A stretch of 64,000 bases of DNA from an uncultured virus (IMG/VR IMGVR_UViG_3300025070_000025). Its lineage: Duplodnaviria; Heunggongvirae; Uroviricota; Caudoviricetes. The number at the start of each line of letters is the position of its first letter. Within the stretch, counting starts at the first letter, position 1. Below, in pieces: positions 46,174 through 55,798 of the stretch. The translations under genes and the position numbers were made by a program. Location: IMG/VR virus record IMGVR_UViG_3300025070_000025; one strand, 5' to 3'. The notes under the pieces are model-generated. The model saw only the letters and a program-made list of their open reading frames with translations, was not told where the DNA came from and made no database searches.

Positions 46174-48111
46174 TCAAACTCTACCAACTACTTCGTCAAA
46201 ACTAACACCAGTGCGGGTGGCAACGAATGTAAGAGTGATGAAGTTAATTGATCTAGAAGGCTTGATATAGATGTCGGCAACAAATTCATTTCTGTCGATA
46301 ACATCGGCAGTGTTATTTGATTCATCGGCAACTACGAGGAAATCAGTCATGCCTCTTCTTGCCTGAATGTCACGCATGTAGTTGTTTACCTGCGTAGCAA
46401 AGTTATTACGAGTGGTTACATCATTCAACTCAAAAAGTACACTCTTAGAGAACTCTTTGATTGTTCTCTCAAGAATGAGGAACAAACGACGGACGTTGAT
46501 ACGATCGAATGCAGAAGGACTGCGAAGAGCAGTTTTGTCTCCGAAAAGAACAATACCTTGACCGGGGAATGAAACGATAGGATTGATACGCTTTCCATAA
46601 AGTTCATCTCTCTGTGCTTGATTAGGATTGTAAGCAATCTTAATCGCATTTCTCAAGTTACCTCTATTGAAACCAGCAGGTGAGAACCATGCTTCAGCAG
46701 TGTCAGCAGCATTTACACAAAGACCAGCAACATCAGCATCACATGGGATCCAACGATATGCATCATTAAATCTGTCATAGATGTACTTGTAGTTGTTTGA
46801 GAAAACAGCGTATGAAGAACTATCGCTGATTGCTTCAAAGAAGTCTACAACGTTTTCTGTTTGAGCAGAACCAGTAGAAGCACCAGATCCAAGAACGTCA
46901 GATTTTTGTGGTGAAACAAGAGTGATACAATCTTTTCTGGTATTAGAAAGGTTGATCAGTGAGTTTGCTTTTGCAAGACTTGAAGGACCAGTGAGGATAT
47001 AATCAATCAACATGGTCTCAGTGTCAGAGAAGACATCGAGATATGTTTGAGTTTCATTTCCTACATTGTAATTCTGATAGTCAGTACCACCAGACAATGT
47101 ATAAGACTTGGGTCCGTAGAGTTTGAAGACGCTTGCTGCAGTAGCAGAATCAGAAATATCTACACCATTAGTAGGTGTGTATACTGCAGTATCTTCGTAA
47201 GCAGTTACATAGATATACTTTGAACGACCTTTGATGACGTTCTTGAAGAAGTTACCTTCTCCTTCGGTAGTCTTAGCACCAGGTGCTTTTGAGACGAAAA
47301 GAATTTTTTCGAGGATTGTATTTGCTGTTCCGGTAACACCACCAGTTGCATCGATGATTGCGAAATGCATTTCATCATTAGCACCACTTTTTTCAGCAGC
47401 GAAAGGTGAAGTACCAGGGCGAGGTGCGATTGCACTCCACTTAATTAAACCAGCGACAGCAAACTGCTCGTCATACCAGCTAGCAACACCATCAACGTTT
47501 TCTGTGCTTACTGTTCCATCCTTGACGAACTTATCAGAACCAGCATCAAGAACAACAGCAACCTTTGTGGTGTCTCCGCTGTTATCTTCATATACAACAC
47601 CAGTAGCAGTTCCGTCAGTAACTGCGTCTCCTTGTGAGAATGCTACACCGTTAGCAAGTGTCAGAATTTGATCCGCACCAGCATCGATTGATACAACCTG
47701 AAGTGCATTACCCCATGTTCCGGGAGTTTTGGAAGCAAAATCATAGACTTGTGAACTGCCTTCAAAGTTAGCTTCGTAATCACCTAAGTTATTGATGTTT
47801 ACTGATGCTGCACCTGTTGTGGTGGCGTTGGTTAAAAATCCAGCGGCAGAACTAGAAATTCTTGCTACTTGAAGATTGCCACCGTAGTTAAGAAACTCGG
47901 AAGCTGTAAACCAAAATTCGTAGTTGTCTCCGGTTGGCTTACCGAAAGTTGAAACGAGTTCTTTCTCGTTTGTGATTAATTTTGCAACGCCTACTTCGCC
48001 TTTCGTGAAAGGACCAGCAATAGCGCCGACGTTGGTAGATGTTTCTTGGAGACGTGAATTAGTAAAATCGCGCTCCTGAACAATAATACCTGGCGATGAT
48101 TGAGATGCCAT
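46174..48111 (-). CDS. gp18: Tail sheath protein
   Basis: SPGIIVQERD, WFSPAGFNRG, FDRINVRRLF, KPSRSINFI. Confidence 0.97.
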   Translation of the reverse strand: MASQSSPGIIVQERDFTNSRLQETSTNVGAIAGPFTKGEVGVAKLITNEKELVSTFGKPTGDNYEFWFTASEFLNYGGNLQVARISSSAAGFLTNATTTGAASVNINNLGDYEANFEGSSQVYDFASKTPGTWGNALQVVSIDAGADQILTLANGVAFSQGDAVTDGTATGVVYEDNSGDTTKVAVVLDAGSDKFVKDGTVSTENVDGVASWYDEQFAVAGLIKWSAIAPRPGTSPFAAEKSGANDEMHFAIIDATGGVTGTANTILEKILFVSKAPGAKTTEGEGNFFKNVIKGRSKYIYVTAYEDTAVYTPTNGVDISDSATAASVFKLYGPKSYTLSGGTDYQNYNVGNETQTYLDVFSDTETMLIDYILTGPSSLAKANSLINLSNTRKDCITLVSPQKSDVLGSGASTGSAQTENVVDFFEAISDSSSYAVFSNNYKYIYDRFNDAYRWIPCDADVAGLCVNAADTAEAWFSPAGFNRGNLRNAIKIAYNPNQAQRDELYGKRINPIVSFPGQGIVLFGDKTALRSPSAFDRINVRRLFLILERTIKEFSKSVLFELNDVTTRNNFATQVNNYMRDIQARRGMTDFLVVADESNNTADVIDRNEFVADIYIKPSRSINFITLTFVATRTGVSFDEVVGRV

Positions 48112-48190
48112 CTTTTACCTCTAAAGTTCAGATTTTATTCTGTGATTATTTATGAAATCCTATGTTTCAACTGGGGAAACAATGCATGAA

Positions 48191-48418
48191 CTACCAGTCT
48201 GGATAACCTATTTCAGTAAAACGATCTTTCTTTTTTCTAGTCTCCATAACTCTTTTAACAGTACAGTCTTTACATTCATAAGAGTATGCTGATAATGTTG
48301 ATCTTCCTTTCCTAGTTCTATAAAAATCTGTGAGTAGATCTTTGACTTTACTACAAGATCTGCATTTCCTTTCTTTGAATAGGAGATGTTCTAATTGAAA
48401 CTCCTCCTCAAAGTCCAT
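48191..48418 (-). CDS. Small zinc-ribbon protein
   Basis: CRSC...FY...YECKDC. Confidence 0.7.
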   Translation of the reverse strand: MDFEEEFQLEHLLFKERKCRSCSKVKDLLTDFYRTRKGRSTLSAYSYECKDCTVKRVMETRKKKDRFTEIGYPDW

Positions 48419-50082
48419 TAGTTATAAGAACCCATGTAAGTAAATTCTGATGACACATCACCATACTCATCCAAGAACCAACGATCTCCATCTTTATCTA
48501 CAAAACTTTCTTGATCTTCCAGACCATCAGAAATAAATCCGAAGGGTGACATATCTTGATCAATTTGATTTTTTTGTTCATCATAAATTCTTTGGCGAAC
48601 ATCATTGTCCGTCATCTCTTTAAAGTAATCTTGTACTGCTAACCAGCAGAAGATAACCAGACACATTGCAAGGTCATCATGACATCCTTCTTCTGCTTCA
48701 AATGATTGACTTTTTTGAATGAACGTAGTAAGTTCACTGATAGTATCGTAATCTGGGATGACTAGTTTATCATCTTCAATAAAAGTTTTTAAGTTTAGGC
48801 ATCCAACCTTCTTCACGGTCTTAGACATCTTGACACCTAGTTGTGTTTTCTTTCCAGAAAATCCTGTACCTACAATTTGTCCTGCTCGCCCTCTCATGGC
48901 ACACATTAAAATATTGTCATACTCCAAATCAAAATGCATCATCGATGCTATCTGATCTCCAATATCATTTACTTCCGTTAAAACATATGCCCTATTATAT
49001 CCCTTTGCCATATCAGTGATAACGGTTGGGAACATCATAGGTTTGATTTCGTTATTTTTATAACGTGCTACCAACCTGTAAGGGAACTTTGTAATGTCAA
49101 AAACCAAAAATGCGCTATAATCACTGCCCACACCACGGGCAACGTCAACAGTAATAATATAATCGTGTTCTTTTTTCGGGTTCTCATAAACTACTAATCC
49201 TTTTCCGTTATCGGCAATAGGATCATCATACACCATTGTTCGCAGTTTGCTTGCTGCAATTAACGTATCTACAGATCCTAGGAACTCACACTCAAATTCT
49301 TGAGTGAACTGGCGTTGAGATGTATTAGCAATCGTTTGCTCTTTCCAGTTAGCATCTCTGCCAGGAACTTGACTCCAGTGTACTTCTGTAGTGATATATT
49401 CGTTCTTACCCCTCTCAGCATCATGCCAGAGCTTGTAGAACATATTCATCCCGTTAGGGGTGGAGATGATAATAACCTTGGTAGACTTACCAGAGGAGAT
49501 CGTAGGGTATACTGAGGAGAAAAATTGCTCGGCAATGTGAGTTGGAACGAAAGCAAATTCGTCCAGGAAGATGATGTTGAATGACATACCTCGGACAGCA
49601 GAACTAGAAGTAGATGCTGCCATGATCTTAGAACCATTCTCAAGTTCTAGAGATCCTTTATTCCATGACACAATACCTTGCTGCATCCATTTAGGAAGGT
49701 TCTCGTAAGCAAGTTGCAACCTACCGAGAAGTTCTCTGGATGTACTTAGTTTGTTTGCTAGGATACCGATGTTGACATTATCATTAAAGATACAATAATG
49801 CAGCAGGTAAGAAACCACAGTGGTACTCTTACCAGTCTGACGTGGTAGTTTAGCAATGTTAAAACGATTACTATGGAACCTTTCAATCATCTCTTCTTGA
49901 AAGTCCCACATCTTAAATGGCACCAGACCCTCATCCAGTGACACAATCTTGATATAATTTTTAGTAAAGTAGACGGGATCGTCAGCACATTTCAACCACT
50001 CCTGAACCTGTTTGGGAGTGAAACTCATTTCCACGTTCGCCGCTTTTAGATTGGGCGAACCTTTATAAACTTTATCAGCCAT
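48418..50082 (-). CDS. gp17: Terminase large subunit
   Basis: PRQTGKST, LDEFAF, STPNG, DVARG, HDDL. Confidence 0.97.
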   Translation of the reverse strand: MADKVYKGSPNLKAANVEMSFTPKQVQEWLKCADDPVYFTKNYIKIVSLDEGLVPFKMWDFQEEMIERFHSNRFNIAKLPRQTGKSTTVVSYLLHYCIFNDNVNIGILANKLSTSRELLGRLQLAYENLPKWMQQGIVSWNKGSLELENGSKIMAASTSSSAVRGMSFNIIFLDEFAFVPTHIAEQFFSSVYPTISSGKSTKVIIISTPNGMNMFYKLWHDAERGKNEYITTEVHWSQVPGRDANWKEQTIANTSQRQFTQEFECEFLGSVDTLIAASKLRTMVYDDPIADNGKGLVVYENPKKEHDYIITVDVARGVGSDYSAFLVFDITKFPYRLVARYKNNEIKPMMFPTVITDMAKGYNRAYVLTEVNDIGDQIASMMHFDLEYDNILMCAMRGRAGQIVGTGFSGKKTQLGVKMSKTVKKVGCLNLKTFIEDDKLVIPDYDTISELTTFIQKSQSFEAEEGCHDDLAMCLVIFCWLAVQDYFKEMTDNDVRQRIYDEQKNQIDQDMSPFGFISDGLEDQESFVDKDGDRWFLDEYGDVSSEFTYMGSYN

Positions 50083-50085
50083 TTA

Positions 50086-50514
50086 TCAACAGTTCCAAGC
50101 TCTCAGTGATTTGTTGATCCTGCTATCGGGATCACTAGCAGTCTTCTTACTAGTTAGTTTCTTTTTCATGCCCTTCATTCGAGCGCAGAAGGATGCCCTC
50201 CTGGGATTTCCAACCTTTTTGCTTGGTGCTTTAAGGTCAGATCCAGGATTTTCCTTTTCATAAGATTTTCGTCCTTTAGCGTTAAGTCCTCCTGACTTAC
50301 TTTTTCCTGACTTTTTTGTCCAGGCTGCTCCTTCTTGGGTGAGTTCAAATTCTTCTTTAGCAGTCCTCTCTGATTTTTTAAAAGCATCCTTGTCTGGATA
50401 GTCGGAGGATCCAGGTTTAGCAGGTGCTTCTCCACGTTTTCTTTTTGCGTGGATATTGGCATAAAGTCCACGTTTCGCTTCGCTTAGTTCTCTAAATTCT
50501 TTAAATGACTTCAT
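50086..50514 (-). CDS. Basic two-module protein, probable internal virion protein
   Basis: MKSFKEF..LSE N-terminus; modules GLYANIHAKRKRGE and AAWTKKSGK..GGLN..RRASFCARM..WNC. Confidence 0.75.
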   Translation of the reverse strand: MKSFKEFRELSEAKRGLYANIHAKRKRGEAPAKPGSSDYPDKDAFKKSERTAKEEFELTQEGAAWTKKSGKSKSGGLNAKGRKSYEKENPGSDLKAPSKKVGNPRRASFCARMKGMKKKLTSKKTASDPDSRINKSLRAWNC

Positions 50515-50548
50515 GCCAGCAGGGAGGGTTTACTAGTTTATTTATGTG

Positions 50549-50818
50549 TTAACCTAAATGTGCAACAGATGTGGCATATAAATCACTAACACCATTTGCT
50601 ACTTCAATGGTATCTGTTCTTTGCTTTTGAATTGTCAGTGGTCTATGAGGAGCAACATATACACTACCAAGTACATCACCACCAACATTCTTGACTGTCA
50701 CTAGGTGAGCATTGCCACCATTGTGATTATGCTGAAGAAGAATTCTTTCCCCAGAGTCAATGTTGTTTGGTGTGTCTGACAGCACTGTTGATTCACCTAA
50801 AAGTTTTACTACGTTCAT
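50549..50818 (-). CDS. Hypothetical beta-rich protein
   Basis: ORF with its own ATAAATA box at 50837-50843. Confidence 0.7.
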   Translation of the reverse strand: MNVVKLLGESTVLSDTPNNIDSGERILLQHNHNGGNAHLVTVKNVGGDVLGSVYVAPHRPLTIQKQRTDTIEVANGVSDLYATSVAHLG

Positions 50819-50835
50819 TGTTCTATAATTTTTAA

Positions 50836-51252
50836 TTATTTATCTTCTAATTTATTTTTTGCTTGCTTCAACATCTTAGCAAGATCAGCAGTAGATCCTA
50901 CAAACATAGTATTGTTAACTGTTGTTGGTCCTTTCTTTTCTTCCTGACCTAGATCTTTCATCTTCTTCTGAAGATCAGATAATTTATCAGTGATGTCAGC
51001 AACGTTCTTAATGCCCTGGAAGGCGACTTCATATGCTCTTGGGTGATTACTGCTCCTAGCAACGTCAAGCAACTCCTCAATGGCAACCTGACCCTTCTGA
51101 ATGAGTTCATATAACTCACCACGGGCATACTTATAATCTGTCTCTATGTCAGCACTAGTAACATCAACCTTTTTGGGTTTAGGTTGCTCCTCTTCATCCA
51201 TAGGAGTGATGTCAAAAACATCTTCCATGTTCTGTTGAAATTTATTGTCCAT
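50836..51252 (-). CDS. gp16: Terminase small subunit
   Basis: DYKYARGEL, HPRAYEV, FVGSTADL. Confidence 0.93.
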   Translation of the reverse strand: MDNKFQQNMEDVFDITPMDEEEQPKPKKVDVTSADIETDYKYARGELYELIQKGQVAIEELLDVARSSNHPRAYEVAFQGIKNVADITDKLSDLQKKMKDLGQEEKKGPTTVNNTMFVGSTADLAKMLKQAKNKLEDK

Positions 51253-52048
51253 GATATATCATCCCCTCATTAAATCCGAAGTCATCATCTGGTTGTAGTA
51301 AAGCATCATCAGCAGCATTAATAACACCATCAGTGTTCTTATCTTCTAATGCTTTAGGAGTAACATTATACTCAAGTGCTCTACCATTAGTATTTCTATC
51401 ACCAACAAAAGTAGTAGCAATAGACTTTCTAATGATATCATTAGCAGCAACAGGACCATACATAAAGGTCTTGACGCTAAATCTTAATGTATAATAAATG
51501 TATCTTCTGGTAGAATAATCACCTTCATAATCATCAGTAAAATCAATGCTTTCTAAGATGATTGGAATATCTCTTTTCTCATTCATTTCTGGAATGAGAT
51601 TGACAGTCATGGTAAACTGTGGTTGAAAGAATGGTAAAATCTGTTCGATGATTTGAAGAGCATCATCTTGAGATTTTGCGATAGCGTTAAGTTCAAATCC
51701 GATAGTATAAGGAACTGGGAGATACTGCACCTTAGTAGTGGTTGTTTCGCCATCACCAACTGCTCGGTTCCTTTGAATAGGAGGAACTTTTCTTCCAGCA
51801 TCATACTGCAAAGATGTCATCTCAAATGATAACCTAGGAACAGTAATAGTTACTTTCTTATCAAGATCAGGAGATTGCTGAAGTCTTGCTAAAAATTTCT
51901 GAACCGGTCCATACGCTAAAGGAACTTTCTGCTGAGTGACTAGATCACCATTAGCATCAAGGGTCTTTAGTTGAATGTTATTGAAAAGAGTACCAAAAGT
52001 GGTTACAGTCTTTCTAATAATTTGGTGATAAAAATAATTTCCTAACAT
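51242..52048 (-). CDS. gp15: Tail sheath stabiliser / completion protein
   Basis: FGTLFNNI, VPLAYGP, PRLSFEM, EQILPFFQP. Confidence 0.93.
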   Translation of the reverse strand: MLGNYFYHQIIRKTVTTFGTLFNNIQLKTLDANGDLVTQQKVPLAYGPVQKFLARLQQSPDLDKKVTITVPRLSFEMTSLQYDAGRKVPPIQRNRAVGDGETTTTKVQYLPVPYTIGFELNAIAKSQDDALQIIEQILPFFQPQFTMTVNLIPEMNEKRDIPIILESIDFTDDYEGDYSTRRYIYYTLRFSVKTFMYGPVAANDIIRKSIATTFVGDRNTNGRALEYNVTPKALEDKNTDGVINAADDALLQPDDDFGFNEGMIYHGQ

Positions 52049-53196
52049 TAAAAGCTACCAGTAAAATTGCCAAATTCGCCAAACGGATTTATTTCTGTGA
52101 AATCAAGAATGTCATCCGCTTCTGTTTCAAGTTCTCTATTTTCAGAGAAACTATCAGTCATATCGAGAGTATCAAATGAACCTACGGTCCATCGTGCATT
52201 TGAATCCGCACCAACAATTTCTTCATTTAAATCAAAATTGCCATTCATATAAGCAACTTTCAATGTCCTAGTACTAGGATCATATTCGGCTACTTTACCA
52301 ACAATATTTGCTGGTGATGCATCAATTATAATAGTTGGATTCCATCCGGTGATACTTTCAATTTGATCGTTGGCATCATAAACAACATCTCCATATATGT
52401 ATGATCCTGAAGGAGCATTAACGGCACTGACTACACCATTGGTGATCGCAGTTGTAGATGAAGTAATGAATGTTCCAGTGGGGGAATACCAAAATGCATT
52501 TGGAGCAGTTTCGTATTTTTCACCACCTGATGTGATAGTAATCGCACCAAGAACTCCAGATGAATCAGCGACTGCGGTTGCAGCAGCATCAAATCTAGTT
52601 CCAGAAACTTTTTCATCTTCAGTAAAGTATCCACTTCCGTTGAGGTTCAATAGAATTGGGAATACTCCAGATTCCATTTCAGTGTTATCAATAGAAGTAA
52701 CGCCAGTATCAAAGATACTATCGCCATATTCAAAGACTTCACACGTCAACGTATATGTATATAGACTTCCTAATTGGTAGAAAGGTTTTTGGTTTTCTAC
52801 ATACTTGATTTCAAATACAGTTTCATTCAAAGGAAACCATACAAGATCTCCGTCATTAGGTCTTCCAGATACAATTTTATTTGTAGAGACATCTACAAAA
52901 TCTTGCCACCTTCTTCTGGAAAGTGTAAGTGTTACTTCATCAGTTACTCGAAGACCAAACTTTGATAGCATGTCACCATTGCCACCAAAATTCTGAAAGT
53001 TTTCTAGATACATCTCAATGAGATAACTATCTTTAAACTGAGAATAGTAGATATCATTCCACAACTTATCTTCGTAGATCTGACGAGGAATGTAATAACA
53101 TTCCAGACCATACATTTTGATCTGCTCGTCAACCAGATCCTGTACTAGGTTCTGTTCACCTGTAGTTCCTTGTGTAAAATATAAATTTCTAGTCAT
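52048..53196 (-). CDS. gp14: Neck protein
   Basis: EQIKMYG..YYIPR, SKFG, PNDGDLVWFP, PFYQLG, FTEINPFG. Confidence 0.92.
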   Translation of the reverse strand: MTRNLYFTQGTTGEQNLVQDLVDEQIKMYGLECYYIPRQIYEDKLWNDIYYSQFKDSYLIEMYLENFQNFGGNGDMLSKFGLRVTDEVTLTLSRRRWQDFVDVSTNKIVSGRPNDGDLVWFPLNETVFEIKYVENQKPFYQLGSLYTYTLTCEVFEYGDSIFDTGVTSIDNTEMESGVFPILLNLNGSGYFTEDEKVSGTRFDAAATAVADSSGVLGAITITSGGEKYETAPNAFWYSPTGTFITSSTTAITNGVVSAVNAPSGSYIYGDVVYDANDQIESITGWNPTIIIDASPANIVGKVAEYDPSTRTLKVAYMNGNFDLNEEIVGADSNARWTVGSFDTLDMTDSFSENRELETEADDILDFTEINPFGEFGNFTGSF

Positions 53197-53197
53197 T

Positions 53198-53992
53198 TTA
53201 TCCGATCATGTCTAGTGGTGGTTCTTCTGCTGCTAACCTAAATTCACCAAGAATTGTATCAATTTCTTGCTGTGCATCTTCATAGAACTCTCTACCGTTT
53301 AGAGTTGTTCCACCAGGCAGTTGGACATTTTTAAATTTGATAAGGTTTTGACCCCACTGTCTTTTAATAAGAGCAGTAAGATAACGCTTCATCCATACAT
53401 CATTATATACTTCAGTAGCAGTTTCTGGATCTATCATCCTATAGCATTCAATCAAAATCATATCACCGCCATTCAACTGATCCCAATCAGTATCGAGATA
53501 TAGTTTATTTTCTCTCTTATTAAATCTAATCGGTTTGAAGTTACCGATCACAAAATCAAGTGTTTCCAGATATTGCTTTACCATATAATAATTCAAGATT
53601 TCCATAGAACCAAAGTTATAGAAATCATTCAAAAATAACTGATACTTCATACTGAAGATATTTCCTGATACTGCTGATGAACTATTGTCATAAGCATATA
53701 TGTTGGTTATTCCCAGAACATGGTTTGGTACAGTTATAAAATTATTTTGCTCCTTAAAATCCGAACCAGCAATTGCACCGTTCACTTTCGCGTCGGTAAT
53801 CATCTGATCGGTTACTTCTAGTTTTAAAAATGTTTTGACGCTTCCATCAAAATGACGCTCTTGAAAGAACTGAATTGCATCATCTACGAGATCTTCAACT
53901 TGATCATCATCTACATTAATCTCTAATACTGGGAAACCTAATTTCCTCAGACAATAATCAATTAGCTCCTGGCGTGTCGAGGGTCTTGCCAT
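53198..53992 (-). CDS. gp13: Neck protein
   Basis: YCLRKLGFPVLEINV, KRQWGQNLIKF, LPGGTTLNG. Confidence 0.94.
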   Translation of the reverse strand: MARPSTRQELIDYCLRKLGFPVLEINVDDDQVEDLVDDAIQFFQERHFDGSVKTFLKLEVTDQMITDAKVNGAIAGSDFKEQNNFITVPNHVLGITNIYAYDNSSSAVSGNIFSMKYQLFLNDFYNFGSMEILNYYMVKQYLETLDFVIGNFKPIRFNKRENKLYLDTDWDQLNGGDMILIECYRMIDPETATEVYNDVWMKRYLTALIKRQWGQNLIKFKNVQLPGGTTLNGREFYEDAQQEIDTILGEFRLAAEEPPLDMIG

Positions 53993-54029
53993 GAATAAAA
54001 AATACCCTAGTTTCCTAAAGGTATTTATA
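53993..54029 (-). promoter_or_regulatory. Late promoter overlapping a GAAA-loop hairpin before gp13
   Basis: TATAAATACCTTTAG-GAAA-CTAGGGTATTTTTTATTC-ATG. Confidence 0.75.
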
Positions 54030-54045
54030 TTTGTATATTCTTACC

Positions 54046-54459
54046 TTATGATAAGGGATTACAGTCTACACATTCGGAATTCCAATCAGGATTCCTTTTT
54101 TGATATGCCACAAATTCATCATCATCATGAATAATTTTTCCTTGCTCATCACGAATTAGTTTGCCATCCATAGTATAAAAACATTTATCACCCAAATCTT
54201 CCCAATTTGGATCTTTCTCAACTTGATTTAAAAACCAATCTTTTACTGATGCAATATTATCAAAAACTCTTACTTGATCCTGAAACTCACACCACCATAA
54301 AAGTTTCTCTACAGGGATTTCTGTTTGTTCAGTATTTTCAAATTCTTCAGTGTCTTCGTCATCAAGCATTGCTTCAATCGTCATATAGGTATCTTCACCA
54401 TGCTTATCTTCAATCTCTCTAATTACATCATAGAGAGGGATATCCGTAACAGAATTCAT
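54046..54459 (-). CDS. Acidic hypothetical protein
   Basis: Track ORF trimmed to MNSVTD. Confidence 0.7.
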   Translation of the reverse strand: MNSVTDIPLYDVIREIEDKHGEDTYMTIEAMLDDEDTEEFENTEQTEIPVEKLLWWCEFQDQVRVFDNIASVKDWFLNQVEKDPNWEDLGDKCFYTMDGKLIRDEQGKIIHDDDEFVAYQKRNPDWNSECVDCNPLS

Positions 54460-54503
54460 TTTTAGTATTACTAAATAAAACAACAACATATTATTTAGTT
54501 ACT

Positions 54504-54531
54504 TTGAAGTGACTGAAATCTGTGTTATAAT
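54504..54531 (+). promoter_or_regulatory. Sigma70-type promoter for the + strand island
   Basis: TTGAAG-16 nt-TATAAT with TGn extension. Confidence 0.65.
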
Positions 54532-54554
54532 GTACTATAGTTTATTTAAAAAAA

Positions 54555-54995
54555 ATGAGTATTCAACTTTGTCTTCTGGAGACCGGAGATACTGCTATTG
54601 GTGATATTCGAGAAGCAATTGATCCCGAGACAAATGTGTCATTGGGATATATCGTAACAAATCCATTTACAGTTGAGCATGTGATCAACAATGTAGTTAA
54701 TGCTGATAAAAATCTATCCAGTCAGAATACATCTCCCGAAGGTGCATCATCAATTGCATTCTCGATTTGGGGTCCACTAGCTAGATCTAGAACTTTTAAT
54801 TTTCATAAAGATTTTGTTAGAGTAATTTACGAACCATCAAATTTTCTTACTGAAAAATATATGGAAATTATTCAAAAATGGCAAGAAGAGAATACTGTAA
54901 GTGTTGAAGTAGATAATGCCCTGACTAATCTATCAGCAAGAATAAATCTTGCAGATGAGGCGGAAGGAAATACATCAGATGAAACTGTGAACTGA
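54555..54995 (+). CDS. Sm-like fold protein
   Basis: IQLCLLETGDTAIGDIRE...VTNP...FSIW...VRVIYEP...Y; aligns by eye with 25959..26321. Confidence 0.6.
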   Translation: MSIQLCLLETGDTAIGDIREAIDPETNVSLGYIVTNPFTVEHVINNVVNADKNLSSQNTSPEGASSIAFSIWGPLARSRTFNFHKDFVRVIYEPSNFLTEKYMEIIQKWQEENTVSVEVDNALTNLSARINLADEAEGNTSDETVN

Positions 54996-55004
54996 GGAAT
55001 TTCA

Positions 55005-55793
55005 ATGAGAAAAGATAAAATTTTAACCATTGGGCAAGAATTATTTCAAACAAATAAACCATTTGAAATTACTGAGTATGATAACTGCATAACTATAGAT
55101 AATTATACTTATAACATAGATAAAATAGAGGAAACTTTACTTAAAATTCCTGCAACTAATTGTCATGAAATAAATGAAATTTTTTATTATGGGGAAAAAG
55201 AAACTGAATATGTAGGAACTCCTGGTATCACACAACCAGTAACTAAAGACTGGGTTCCTCATTACATTAATGATGTTTATACATGTCTCAGTGAAAAAGA
55301 TTATTTAATTCCCAATCCTAATACTAGTCCTAATATTCTCAACAATCTCGTAGCATTTTCTGCCACCGAAGCAGTTCTTTTCTATGAAGAGATGGTTGTA
55401 GATAAAAGTTGTAATGTTCCTTCTCCTGCAGGGGGAGAATTCTTTAGTACATTATGTTTTGATGATGATACTGAAGATAATAAACTAGGTATTACATTCT
55501 TTGATTTTATTTTTGAAGGAAGAAAATATTCATGTCTTGATGATTTTTCTATCGAAGACGATGAGACTAGAGAACAAATTTTTGAAGTACTTAAAGACTT
55601 TGGGAGTGGACTTGGCGGATTAGAATTATATAATGAATTTACTGGATCCGAATGGTTTGAACCTACCGAATATATTGAATCAAAACGAAATAGATTAATT
55701 GCATTTAAAAGTAGTTATTTTCATATTAGGAATTTTAGTGAAGGTGAAAGATATACATTAAATACTTCTTTCATGGCACCCAAATATAATTAA
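55005..55793 (+). CDS. DUF6445-like double-stranded beta-helix protein, metal motif degenerate
   Basis: IDNY..PG..KRNRLIAFKSSYFH..RYTL pattern but no HxD. Confidence 0.55.
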   Translation: MRKDKILTIGQELFQTNKPFEITEYDNCITIDNYTYNIDKIEETLLKIPATNCHEINEIFYYGEKETEYVGTPGITQPVTKDWVPHYINDVYTCLSEKDYLIPNPNTSPNILNNLVAFSATEAVLFYEEMVVDKSCNVPSPAGGEFFSTLCFDDDTEDNKLGITFFDFIFEGRKYSCLDDFSIEDDETREQIFEVLKDFGSGLGGLELYNEFTGSEWFEPTEYIESKRNRLIAFKSSYFHIRNFSEGERYTLNTSFMAPKYN

Positions 55794-55798
55794 ATCTG

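Noticed and set aside
52250..52680. Insertion in gp14 relative to T4
   Set aside because: Extended gp14 appears usual for cyanomyoviruses; no intein termini.
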